DNA from: Geosiphon pyriformis uo1
Taxonomy: Eukaryota; Fungi; Glomeromycota
DNA: 64,000 nucleotides
Assembly (NCBI GenBank): GCA_016748015.1
Contig: JAAOMT010000034.1
Location: forward strand, 592,161 to 656,160
Direction of reading: 5' to 3'
Numbering within the stretch: position 1 is the stretch's first letter; the number at the start of each line of letters is the position of its first letter. Both the position numbers and the translations under genes were made by a program. The notes below the pieces were generated by a model. That model worked only from the letters and a program-made list of their open reading frames with translations, had not been told where the DNA came from and ran no database searches. Below are positions 37,725-51,409 of this stretch, in pieces.

Positions 37725-40700
37725 TGTTATTCATAGAATATAGGAAGTATATTAGCATATAAATTAGCCAATTAGAAGTAGCCATAGTAAATGTGAAATT
37801 TCAGAATTCTTCTTAAAGGAATTATAGGATTCCAAGAATTTCAGGATTCTTGTACAAAGAATTGCAGAATTCCAGAATTTCAGGATTCCTCTTAGAGAAA
37901 TTACAGGATTCCAGGAATTTCAGGATTTCTGGTGTAAAGAATTGAGGAATTGAGAAATCTCAATTATATATATATAGTGGTAGCATTAGAAGTAGAAAAG
38001 ACAAATCTTTTAGTTTAGATTTAATCTAAGCAGCCTTTCCTTTTACCAAATAAATAATTGTTCACTATCTCAATCTACTCTCCATTATCAACACTTTATG
38101 TTAATAGTAATTAATACTTAACTACATTGGAACAATAGCTTTTAATCATGGCTATTGATGGAATACTAACTATTATTGTCTTGGCTTACTTCTAATTGTT
38201 TATTTTTCTTTTATTTTATTTTATTTTCTTTGTTGTTATTTATTAATTGATTAAAGGAAAAGTGCTGAGATAAAGACATTATAAAGACTGGTAAAAAACC
38301 TGTGAAACAAAGGTAAAACACTCATAAATTTGAGGATAGCTTACCAGAAGGATTACTGGCCACCATGCTGAAAAAGAAATTTGATGGAATTGTAATTCCA
38401 GGAGGCTACTGAAACAATCATTGAATCTCTGTCCATTATACAAAGAACTCCAAAACAAAATCTTCAGATCAATTAAACCTTCAAATATCAACTTCATTAT
38501 ATCAATTAAGCACCAAGTTATGAGTTTGTTATTTGATTTGAGACCCCAAATAATCATCTGTAACATTTGGTGCTTCCTGTGAGGTATAATTCTACACCAA
38601 CTACAACTATTTCAAAAGTGGCAGAAACGGAAATAGTAGGAACAAACCATTTAGAATTCGCCAAATTTTTATTCCAACAGTACAGCCAATAATTAGAACT
38701 AAGCAACAATCATTATCCAGCAGAATCAGCCTTCAATTTTTATGTCAATGAAAAAATCAAAGATTTCCTAAGAGTATCAGTTGACATTGAATCAGCAAGA
38801 GAGAATTTTTACACAGAATTAATCCAACATATTAGCTTACCATAAAATTATAGTTTCACACCAATCATCAGAGAAATTAATCAAACCATTGAAAAATACA
38901 CTTAACAACAATTTCCCATTACCTATACAGACAAAGGCAAAGGAAGATTGCAACACTAGCAGTAACACCCAAAAAGATACAACTATCTACTTAAAAGAAA
39001 ACTAGAGTTGAATTACCAATCAACCTATTATACCACTATACATCCAGAAGTGTTATTAACATTTTATCAACAGGTGTGTCCACATCACATGTGACATTAA
39101 CATTTGGATGACTCCTATTTCAAAATAAACAAAAGAAACCAAAATTACTAAGAACCTATGATGATTATTTTGAAAGATTTAAATTGTGATTACCAATGCC
39201 ATCAGAATTCTGATCACCACCACCTCAACCAGATTTCAGAAATGCAAGTCTTTGAGAGATAACAGAATCAGAAAAAGAAGAAAAAGAAGCTGAAGATCAA
39301 GAATTTACTTACCAGAACTCAATTTCAGAAAACCCAAACATTGAAACTCCAAACTTTTAGACTCAACAAGATCCAAATTTAAAAAATCCAGAAGTCAAAA
39401 CTCTGAATTTTCAAACTCAGCAAAATCAGAATAATCAAAACCCCAATATTAATAATTAACAATACTTACCTCTGATAATTGTCATCAATCCACTACCAGT
39501 TGTTCCACAACAACAGCCACTGCCACAACCCCAAATTCAATTATCACTTCAATTACCACAGCAACTAAACTTGAATCAAATGGCTTTTGCTCCAATAGCA
39601 AAACTTGAAAAGTTCACCAGCAAAGAAAATGATGCCCAAGTATGGCTAAACAATATGGAAAAAGCCATCACAGCCAATGGATGGGATAACACCAGAGCCA
39701 TTCAAGCCATTCCCTATTTTCTCTAGGATACTGCCAATTTATGATACTAAAGCTTGGTTAACAAACCCCAAGATTTCAATGCATTCAAGCTTGCATTTCT
39801 ACAATATTTCAGCAATAATAATAGCATCAACTGATTGGCAAACACTTTTATCACTATCAAGCAAGGAGAAAATGAAGCAGTTACTACTTACTTAAAATGC
39901 TTCTACAGAAATTTGCATTAAATCCAGGCCATACAGGCTGATTATTTCACAGTGCCACAAATCCTAAATCAATTCATTAAAGGTCTGCACAGTAGCATTT
40001 TTCAATGCATATATCCAATGCATTTGGCAGATTTTTAAGCCACTATTATGAATGCCAGAGATTTTGAAGCAGTTAAACTTGAAGCTAACCATGCTCAAGC
40101 CATCAATCTAGTGATGAATAGATCATCTGAATTGGATTTTAAGTTAAAACAATTCAGTGATTCCATTAAACAAAAATTAGAGGGATACTTAGCTAATAAT
40201 CAGGCAATTTATCAACCTCCACAATGACACAATAATCAAGAAAATGCGAATTGTTTCTAGAATCAGTCATGTCTATTATCCTCAACCAATCAATAGTGAC
40301 AGCAAAAGACATGTGTTTGTTACTACTGTGATAAACAAGAACATTTGAGGATTGACTGCAGATTAAAAATAGATAACCAACAATTAGAAAATCAATATTG
40401 AAACTCTAATTGCCAGTTTCAAACTCTGAGATATCAACCCAACCCAGAAATATATTAATCAAATTACCTATCAGTGATACAGCTGCCAATTTATCAACTA
40501 CTGGTATATCAAGCTCTATTTTATTAACTGACAGCACCAGTTATTTATTAACTGCAGCCACCAGTAATATATTAACAACCACTAATTCTAATCCTGCCAT
40601 CAAACTCAGCTTAGATGATATCCAAAAACTCTAGATTAAGAGTCACCTAAAACTGAAAATCAGCAATGATTGTTCACCAACCAATTTCCAGCTCATCCAA

Positions 40701-43700
40701 CCAGCCATCAGGATCATGACAGCAGAGTTCAAAAACTGGGTATACTGAAAATCCAAATTCCTAAAACTATTTAAGTTTTCTGGTTACCTCAGAAGATGCC
40801 TCATCCAACAACTTGAAGACAAACCAGAAATCACTTATCAGCAACATACTACCAGCCACTATTACAGAAGACAAGTTACTTGTAGCTATATTTTCCTTCA
40901 AAATTGAAGAACTGTCAGCAACTTCTTTGTTCAGTAGAGCCACACTCAAGGAAAAACCAATTACTACTATGTACACTAATGCCAAAGTAGATGGCCATAC
41001 TATCAAACTCATTTTTAATAGTGGGTCAATAGGCAGTATTATTACATAATAACTCATAGTCCAATTAGGTTACCGAGTTGATCGCACTGCCAGTGCCAGA
41101 ATAATAATGACTGATAGAGCAACCAAGACTTCTATCAATAAGATTGATAATTTTTTTTTTGAAGTAAATGGTATTATTACTCCAATCAAAGTTTTGGTAA
41201 TAGAGGCTATGCAGTATTAAGCACTAGTTGGTAATAACTGGCTAGTCAAAACAAATACTGTGCTCGACTGGAACATACAAAAATTACAGCTTAGCCAGAA
41301 CAGTCAACATACATGAGTACCTGCCATGTGTAGACACTTCAAACCCATCATCATATCATTAGCCCCACTTATCAAATTCGAAAAAGAAAAAGAAAAACCT
41401 ATCTGAGAAGTCTATTAAGTGTCCTGGGCCAACAAAGACCACAATGAGCTACTATCAATACTCTCTTGAGATGACAATGGAAAAGGAAAATAAAAAAAAG
41501 AACTTACTTGGAATGCTGACCAAGTCTGGGAAACTGACAATGATCAAAATGAACTTACAACAACTTGGGAGTAGAAAGAAGACAATCATGAAAGAAAAAA
41601 GAAAAAGAAAGAAGAAAATCTAACACCAACCACCATTTACTATCCATATACATATACTCAATTACAATCATCTAATTATCATTACCCAAAACTAGAGTGT
41701 GTTAATTGCAGCAAGAAATTGTTATTAATAGATGCATGCTGTGGTGACAATAAGGAATACCAGATGGCAACTAAGTTCTATTGCCATTTATGCCTTGTTG
41801 AACACTTTGAAAGACCAAAACAAGTGGAGAAATAGGATAATGAGCCATGCTTGGCTTGTGGAGAAACTCTTCTCAACAAAGGAATGTGAAACGACATTCT
41901 TGGAAGAGGAGGAATATGTGATAAATCATGTCAGTACATGATTCTCATAAGTGACTGGGTGAAAAAAAGAATGCCCATAGATGCTGCTTGAAAATAAGCA
42001 GTCAAATATTTGGACAGTTGTTTACATGATGATAACAAAATTTGGCAAATGCTCTCACCAAAATCAAAGGAGTGTCACCAAAAGAAATAAGGACAATCAA
42101 AGATAATTCTTTCAAGTCCATAAAACTTAACTGAGACTCAAAACCAGTCATAAACCTCCTGAATCCAGAACAATTCCATAAACACTACCAGGAATTAGCA
42201 CCTATTAGAAAAGAACAAGAGCAATGGTTAGAAGAAATAAACACAAAACTATGTGACCACTGTTTGATCCTATGTGACTTTTAATATTGTAATAAGTATA
42301 ATCTTATTTACAATCCACTATCATGCATAATCTACACAATTCCAGAAGAGGAAGAACCAATCAGCAACTGCACATTAGAATTGGAATCAACTTTCAATTC
42401 TGATTTAAACTCTGACAATGATGATGATGAAAACAACAGTTCCAGTTCTGCTCAATATAGCAATGAAAATAACAATAATTCAGACTTAGATTCAAACTCC
42501 AAAATCTACATAACACTCCCTGATCTCATCAAAGAACAGGAACTTAAATGGTTCAGCAATAATAATAAAGATATTATGCCAGAATGTGCACATAATACCA
42601 ATGCAGAGTTTGATCTAAGATATCTGGGAAAAAATTCCATCAAATTAAAATCCTATTTGTGCATCTGCATTGATTTCAAAATAGCACTAAAAATTCCAGC
42701 AACAACCATAGTTCAACTAGTATCTAAGAGTAGTTTAACAAAAAAAGAAATCAACATCAGAGGAGAAATAATTGACACAGAATACATAGGAAATATTATT
42801 GCTATGCTACAAAATGACTCAGAAAAGGCATATATTATAGATCCAAACAAAAAAATAGCACAGACAATATTCCTATTTCTGGTTAAAATAGCTCAATTAG
42901 TATCAGTGGAAAGCAAAAAAAAATTAAGGATAACAATAAAAGAGATATAAAGATTTGGATTAACGAATAGAATAGATGTACTAGTCAATATGGCAGAGAA
43001 AGAAATTATTAACAAAAGAGAAATTATCTCCACTCATCAACCAATTTCCATTTCACCATATGACCAGTACATGGTAGTTATAGAGAGAAAAGTAAAGAAT
43101 CAAGTTCAGATTTTTGAGGCAAAAGTAACACTTTGTGAATCAAGAGAAATTGGATTAGTTAATCTACACATACCAGCCAAAAATCACAGTCACATCAAAA
43201 TTTCCATTTACAACATGAAAAATGTCATCAAAATATCAAAAAAAACCACTATTGAATATTTAACCACCAAAATTGAAAATTAACTGCCAGACATCATTCC
43301 AAACTTTCCACAACTGTATGGATATATAGATATTACATCACAAATAATATATGGATGAGAAAAATGTTATCTGCTCCAACTAAAACAATTGGAACAAATG
43401 AACTTGAGAAATCTAGACCCACTACAACATATGTAACTCAAGATGCTACTCAACAATTTCAATGACATCTTTGCCAGTGAAAATAAATTTGGCAGAACTG
43501 ACATCATCCAATATCAAATCAAGACTTAAAATACAATGCCAATTAAACAGAGAGCATACAGAATACCACCAGCCAGCCATGAAATTATTTGTCAAGAAAT
43601 CAACCAGATGCTTAACAATGGATTAATTCAACTATTAATAAGCCCATAGTCATCACCAGTGGTACTAATCCATAAGAAAAATAGAAAAATCCACTTTTGT

Positions 43701-43712
43701 GTGAATTACCAA
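37725..43712 (+). mobile_element. Family-3 dUTPase-Gypsy element A: 5' LTR 37725-38565, PBS, gag, PR, Zn cassette, dUTPase, RT start; interrupted by element B
   Basis: PBS tggtgcttcctgtgagg at 38568; MAFAPIAKLEKF gag; LIFNSGS protease; AEFDLRY/KIAQ dUTPase; RT broken at FCVNY. Confidence 0.9.
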
Positions 43713-46186
43713 TGTTACTCGTAAATATTAGCCAATTAGAAGTAGACATAATAAATGTAGAATTCCAGGATTCCTCTCAGAGGAATTGCAGAATTCCAGG
43801 AATTTCAGAATTCTCTGATAAGGAATTGCAGGATTCCAGAATTCCAGGATTCCTTTCATCAGAAATTGCAAGATTTCTGTCACAAGGAATTGAAAAATTG
43901 AGGAATCTCAAATATGTATATATGGCAGTAGTATTAGAAGCAGAAAGAGGGAAAATCGACACCAAGAATCCTTAGCTTAGTTATCACAATCCTCAAATAA
44001 ATAATTATTCATTATATCAAATTTATTTTTCACTATCAACACTTCATGTTGATAGTAACTGATACTTAATCATACTGGAACAATAGCTCTTGATCACAGC
44101 TATTGATAAGATACTAACTTGCAAATTGTCTTGGCTTATTTCTTATTTTTACTTTTATCTTTTCTTTATTTTCTTTGTTGTCTACTAACTTGATTAAAGA
44201 ATTTACTCTTGGAGGACTTACAAAAAAATAAAACTTACTTAAACAATACTTACTCTTGGAAGACTTATGGAGGAATAAACTTGCTTAAACAATACTTACT
44301 ATTAGAAGACTTATGGAGAAACTGACATCAGGAAACAGCACTGGTATATATTTATGGAGGATATTGTACCAGGAGAATCATCAACCATCAAGCTGAGCAA
44401 GCAATTGATGAAACTACAGTTTCAGGAAACTACTGATAAACTGTTACTATTGAATCTCTGTCCATTATACAAAGAACTCAATTGGAAAACCTTCAGATAA
44501 AACACTTTCAGATTATCATTATCACCAATCGCTTTGAGCACCAAGTTACAGATTTGTTATTCACTCACGATCCCTAAAGAATCATCTGTAATATTTGGTG
44601 CTTCCTGTGAGGTATAATTCTACAGAGAACCAGTGCCAACAATACCATCCAAATGTGGCAGAATCAAAAATTATAGGAGTCAACTACTTAGGATTTGCAA
44701 AATCCTTGTTTCAACAATACAGCCAACAATTAGGATTAAACAGTAATTACTACCTAACCGAATCAGCCTTCAACTATTACATCAACAATAAAATCACAGA
44801 TTGTTTAAGAGGAACCGTTAATATCGAGTCAGCAAGAGAAAATTTCTATACAGAATTATTTCAACACACCAGCTTACCAAGAAATTAAAGTTTCACCCCA
44901 ATCATCACGGAAATTAATCAAACCATTGAAAGATACATGCAACAACAATTTCCCATTACCTATGCAGACAAAGGTAAAAGAAAAATACAAACACCAACAG
45001 CAACACTAAAAGGAATACAGTTACCTAGTTAGAAGAAACACAGGGTAGAATCACTAACTGCTCCATCATATCACTACATACCAGAAAGTGCCATTAACAT
45101 TTTATTAATAGACGCATCCACATCAAACGCGACATCAACATTTGGAAGATTTCAGTTCCAAAACAAACAATAGAAAGAAGACTTACTAAGACCATATGAT
45201 GCGTATTTTGAAGGATTTAAATCACAATCTCCAATGCCATCAGGAATTTGATCACCAATACCCCAACCAGATTTCGGAGCCACTACTCCATGAGAATTAT
45301 CAGAAGAAGAAGAGGAAGGAAGTGAAGATCAAGGATTTACTTACCAAAACCCAATCTCAGAAAACTCAGAATTCAGAACCCTGAATGTTCAAACTCCACA
45401 AAATCCAAACATAAAAAATCTGGAAATTGAAACTCCGAATATTAGAACTCAGCAAAATCAAAAAAATCAGAACTTTGATTTAATTAATCAGCCAAACATA
45501 CCTCCAAATATTGTCATTGATCATCCACCAATTGATCCGATAGTTAAACCCATTCAACAGCCACCTCAACAACTGAATCCATAAATCCAACAGCCACAAG
45601 AACCACCTTAGCAATTATCACTGCAACAACAACTGCTATAGCAGCTACAACAACAACTAAACGTAAACCAAATGGTCTACGCATCCATCACCAAGTTAGA
45701 AAACTTTACCGGTGAAGAAGATAACACTCAAGCATAGATCAATAATGTCTCCAAGGCCATCATAGTGAACAATTAGGATGATACCAGAGCCTTACAGGCA
45801 ATCTCATACTTTCTCAAAGAAATCACTGACTTTTGGTACCAGAGTTTAGCTGCCAGACCACAAACATTTCAACAATTCAAAACTGCCTTTCTGGGATATT
45901 TTAGTAACAATAACAGTATTAATTGTCTAGCTAATACTTTCACCACAATCAAACAAAATAGTACTGAAGCAGTCACAACATACCTAGGACGCTTTCATAG
46001 AGTCCTACGCCAAATTCAAGCCATCAACGCCATGTATTTCACAGAATTCTAGATCCTCAACCAGTTTATTTGTGGCCTGTGCAGTAGCATTTTGCAACAT
46101 GTACGCCCATTACACCCAGCCAACCTTCAAGTCACAGTTACACACACCAGAGATTTTGAATCAGCTGAACTAGAAGCCAACCATGC

Positions 46187-47109
46187 TGTTATTCATAGAA
46201 TATAAGAAATATAGTATTAGTCAGTAGATATTAGCCAATCAAATGTAGATGTAGTAAATGTAGAATTCCAAGATTCCTCTCAGAGGAATTGTAAAATTCC
46301 AGGAATTTCAGAATTCTCCGACAAAGAATCGCAGAATTCCAGAATTTCAGAATTCCTCTCATCAGGAATCACAGAATTCCAGAAATTCCAGGATTTCTGT
46401 TGCAAGGAATTGAGAAATTGAGGAATCTCAAATATGTATATATAGTAGTAGCATTAGAAGCAGAAAAAACAGAATTGACACCAAGAATTCTTAGCTTAGT
46501 TACAACAATCCTCAAATAAATAATTATTTACTATATCAAATTTATTCTTTACTATCAACACTTCATGTTGATAGTAATTGATACTTAATCATACTAGAAC
46601 AATAGCTCTTGATTACGGCTATTGATGGGATACTAACTTGCAAATCGCCTTGGCTTATTTCTTATTTTCTCTTTTATTTTTCTTTATTTTCTTGTTGTCT
46701 ACTAACTTGATTAAAAGATTTACTCTTGGAGGACTTACGGAAGAATAAAACTTACTTAAAAAATACTTACTCTTGGAGGACTTACAGAGGAATTAACTTG
46801 CTTAAACAATACTTACTCTTGGAGGACTTATGGAGAAACTGACATCAAGAAACAGCACTGATATACACTTATAGAGAATATCGTACCAGAAGAATCATCA
46901 ACCATCAAGCTGAGCAAGTAATCGACAAAACTATGGTTTCAAAAAACTACTGATAAACTGTTATCATTGAATCTCTGTCCATTATACAAAGAACTCGATT
47001 GGAAAACCTTCAGATAAAATACCTTCAGATTATTATCGTCACCAATCACTTTGTGTACCAAATTATAAGTTTGTTATTTACTCGACATCTCAAAGAATCA
47101 CTTGTAATA
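46187..47109 (+). repeat. Solo LTR, family 3 (same subfamily as element B) inside B gag
   Basis: TGTTATT...GTAATA; flanks ATGC/ACGC form a 4-bp TSD with one CpG transition; removal restores EANHAQAVNL. Confidence 0.9.
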
Positions 47110-49277
47110 ACGCTCAAGCTGTAAATTTAGTAATGAATGGATCATTTGATTTGGATTCCAAATTGAAGCAAATCAGTAATACCATCAATCAGAAAATGTA
47201 GGAATACTTAGTTGATAATAGCACGATTTATCAACCTCCTTAATGGCGTAACAATCAGGAAAACACGAATTGTTTCTAAAATCAGTCACATCCAATGTCA
47301 TCATCCAATTAGCAGTGGCAGCCAGAAACATGTGTCTGCCACAACTGTGATAAACAAGGCCACATAAGAGCCAACTACAATGTTTATAACTAACAATCAG
47401 GAAATCAACATCAAAATCCCGATTACCAATTTCAAACCCCGAATCAATATCAAAATCAAGAGCAAAATCAAAACACTTACCTGCCAATGATGTAGCAGCC
47501 AATTTATCAAGCATCAGTATATCAAATTCCAGTTTATCAACTGCAGCCACCAGCAATATATCAACCACAGCCATCCATAATATATCAACTGCAGCCACAA
47601 GTAATTTATTAACCTCCAACCATTCAAACACCACCTCAAAACTTATTTCAACATGGAACCTAAAGACCAAAAATGACACAACAAAACTGGAGATCGGCAA
47701 TAGTTGTCTACCAACTGATCTTTAGTTTCTTCAACTCACTATTAGGATTGCATTCTTGGAATTTGAGTACCAGTGCTACCCAAAACCCAAATTCCCAGAA
47801 CTATTTAAGTCTCCTGGTTACCCTAAAAGACGCCACACCCAGCAACCTGGAAACCAACCCAATCCAAAAACTTACCAGCAATATACCACCAGCAATGGTC
47901 ACCAAAAATGAAACATTAGCAGCCATCTTCCCATTTGAGTTTGAGAAAACCACTCCAGTCTTATTATTCAGTAGAGCTGCCCTTGAAGAAAAACCTATTA
48001 CAGCAATGTATACTAATGCCAAAGTAGATAGCCACTCCATTAAATTGATCCTAGATAATGGTTCAGCAGGCAGTATTATCACACAACAATTCATGAACCA
48101 ATTAGGTTATTGAGTTGATTGTGCTGCTAGTGCTTGTATAATCACTGCTGATGGAGCAACCAAAACTCCAATTGGCAAAATCAATGATTTTCCATTTGAA
48201 ATCAATAACATTATAATACCCATCAAAGTCTTGGTAATGGAAGTCACACAATACCAGGCTCTTGTGAGCAATGATTGGTTGTCAAAAACCCACACTATCC
48301 TCAATTGAACCACTCAAAAACTGCAATTAACCTTTGGTGGTCAGCATACTCAAACACCAGTCATTTGTGGCCACTTTAAGCCAAGCAACACCCAACCACT
48401 TATCGAGTTCGAGGAAAAAACAAAGAAACCTACCTGGGAAGCCTACCAAGTCTTGTGGGCTGACCAAGACCATAATGAGTTGTCACCAGTACTTTCTTGA
48501 AATGGCAACGTCAAAGGAAAGCAAAAAGAAACAGAACTTACCTGGACCTCTGACCAAGCTTGGAAAACAAAAAATGACTACAATGAACCAGCTGATTGAG
48601 AATGGGAAGAGGAAGATAACAGAAAGGGAAAAGGGAAAGAAACCATACTGGAAGAGACCATTAGCACCAGCAAAATAACCAGTAATTCATACTCAGTCCA
48701 TGAGCCACTATCACAACCACCATATATTCTACTCAAATGCAAAGACTGTGAAAAGAAACTTTCTTCCATGGGAGCATGGATTGTGTCAGACAAAGACCAC
48801 TAGATGCGAATCCATTACTATTATAAGCCATGTTATAGAGAATGCTATGGCTACCCAAAGAAACAGGGAAAGTAGAACAATAAACCATGTCTCACTTGCA
48901 GTGAACAACTACTCGACGAAGGAATATGGAATAACATTCCTGGTCGAGGAGAAACATGTGATACTTTGTGCCAATACACAATCTTCATTAGTAACTGGGT
49001 GAGTCATGGTATCCCGATTACAGCAGCATGGCACCAAGCACTTGATCATTTAGATGGTTATTCCCACAACAAAGAGGAGATCTGGCAAATGGCCAATGCC
49101 AAAGTAGAAGGTGCTACACCTAGTGAAATACTAAAAATTAAGAACAATTCCCCAGAACTGGTCAATATCATTTGTATTCTTAACCCAGATGCTTTCATGG
49201 ACAAAAAAACAGGTCCAGAAGACTTCCACAAATACTACCAAAATTTGGCATCTACAAAAGAAGAGCAAGAGCAGCGT

Positions 49278-50259
49278 TGTTACTGGAGGTTTTTGGTCTC
49301 TTCTTAACTTTTGTATGTTGGTTGTAATGCTGTTAATTCACGACTATGGGAAGTGTTTGAACCTCCGATAACTGAATTTATCTTCAAATTATCTCCTATA
49401 ATTTGAATTGCTGGGCTTATAAGTAGAATGGCCAATTCCATGCCAGTTACTTTATGTAGTTACGTTGTAGTAAACGTCAACTCTTTCCCAGGAATTGCTC
49501 GTTTGGAAGCTCACTAAAATGTATAGTTACTTTGCTGTGAAAGTCAACTTTTCTACAGAAATTTTGTCTGTAGGCTACCCTAATGATTGTAATAAGAAAA
49601 TAAAAAATAAAAAATAAAAAAAATGTAAAAGAAATAGAATTTTGTCAAGAGAAACGTTTTCTATTCAGGCCTGAAGTTATTAACAGTTTACTAAAATTGG
49701 TAGCTAATCAATTTCAAAATGTTAGTTGGGTTTTGGGAATTTTCCAAGTGTAATAGTTAAAGAATTTGGTTTTTCAAATTATTTGATATTTATTTCTTTT
49801 GTGTGTGTAGAAATGGTTTTAAGTAATAAATCTAAAGTAAGATACATTTTTCTCGAAGAGAGAAGCTCTTCTTTTATACAACTTGTCATAACACTATTCT
49901 ATGAACTTGAACTTTGCTATTTTCTACAATTTCACTGAACTAAAGATACATTTTGGCAAACTACAAGTTATTTCTGCAAACTATTAGATTTTTCAGTGAA
50001 CTATCAATTATTTCAGCAAATTTCTATAAATTTCGGCAAACTTTTGAATGTTACATAGTTCGAGGTATTGCATGATTGATCATTGCAATTAGGTTACATT
50101 TGTGTTGTGTACAATTTGGGTTATTAATTAAATGATAATTTCGGACATTTTTTGCTAATGTAATAAGTGATAATTTGAAATGATAATATATGCTAATTAA
50201 TGATAGGAATTATAAGATAATTTTATGCTAAATAATATCTCTAATTTTGTCTGGTAACA
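49278..50259 (-). repeat. Solo LTR, family 1, inverted, inside element B
   Basis: Reverse complement of 914-1898; GCGT duplication; removal restores EQEQRLEQLNT. Confidence 0.93.
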
Positions 50260-50623
50260 GCGTTTAGAACAACTAAACACCTAATTATGTGACCACTGTT
50301 TGATTTTCTATGACTTCCAATATTGTAATGAGTGTGATCTTATTTACAATTCACTATCACACATAATCTACATGATCCCAGAAGAAATCAAACCAATCAG
50401 CAGCTGTGTATTTGAATTGGAATCACCATTCAATTCCAATTCAAACTTTGACAACGACAATGACAAAAACACTGGTTCTAGCTCTGTTCAAATTGACAAT
50501 AACAATGACAACAATTCCAATTCAGATTCAAACTCCGACCCAAAATATGAACAATACATTGCACTGCCGGACCTCTTCAAAGAACAGGAGTTAAAATAGT
50601 ATAGTGACAATAATGAAGGTATT

Positions 50624-51012
50624 ATGCCAGAATGCACGCATAATACTAATGCTGGGTTTGATCTAAGGTATCCAGGAAAAGATGCCATCAAATTGGAACC
50701 ACATTTACACACTTGCATTGATCTGAAAGTAGCATTAGAAATTCCAGCAACAATAGTTCAACTAGAATCTAGGAGTAGTTTAGCAAAAAGAAGAATTAAT
50801 ATAAGAGGAGAAATAATTGATGTAGAATATATAAGAAATATTATTGCTATGCTACAAAACGATTCTAAAAAGACCTATATCATAGAGCCAAACAAAAAGA
50901 TAGCACAGACAATATTCTTGCCTCTGGTGAAAATAGCACAGTTAGTATTAGTGAGAAATAGGGAGAAATTAGGGATAACAGCAAAAAAAATACAGAGATT
51001 TGGATCAATGGG
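50624..51012 (+). pseudogene. Trimeric dUTPase domain of element B
   Basis: AGFDL, RSSLA, IIDVEYIRNI (decayed GIIDxGYxGNI), KIAQ and RFGS. Confidence 0.88.
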
Positions 51013-51409
51013 TAAAATAGATATACCAGTTAATATAACAGAAGAAGAAATTGTTGACCAAGGAAAAATTATCTCAACAGGTCAAACAATTTTCATTCCA
51101 CCATATGACCAATACATAGTAGGAAAAATAAAAGAACAGAATCAAATTTTTGAAGCAGAACCAACCCTTTGTGAATTAGGAGAGATTGGACTCATCAATC
51201 TCTATATACTAGCCAAAGATTACAGCCACATCAAAATTCCCATCTATAATAACACAGGAAATGTCATAGTAATACCAGCCGGAATCACCATTGGATACTT
51301 AAGCACTGAAATAGAGGATTAACCACCAAGCACAATTCTGAACTTTCTACAGCTTTGTAGATATGTCAATATCACATCACAAACAATATATAGATAAAGC
51401 AAATATTAT

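Noticed and set aside
43697-43975. ORFs with repeated GIPGFL/QDSR over LTR U3 (also 55715-55915)
   Set aside because: Translations of the GGAATTCC array, not proteins.
44203-44316. Three ~40-bp-period repeats (TTACTCTTGGAGGACTTA plus spacer) that look like a mini CRISPR; also at ~46720 and ~55503
   Set aside because: The spacers are copies of each other, so this is a plain tandem repeat inside an LTR subfamily; eukaryotic context and no cas genes.
47185-47700. Long minus-strand ORFs (also 59533-60102, 53696-53983, 63697-63984)
   Set aside because: Antisense shadows of gag-pol low-complexity or coding regions with no independent motifs.
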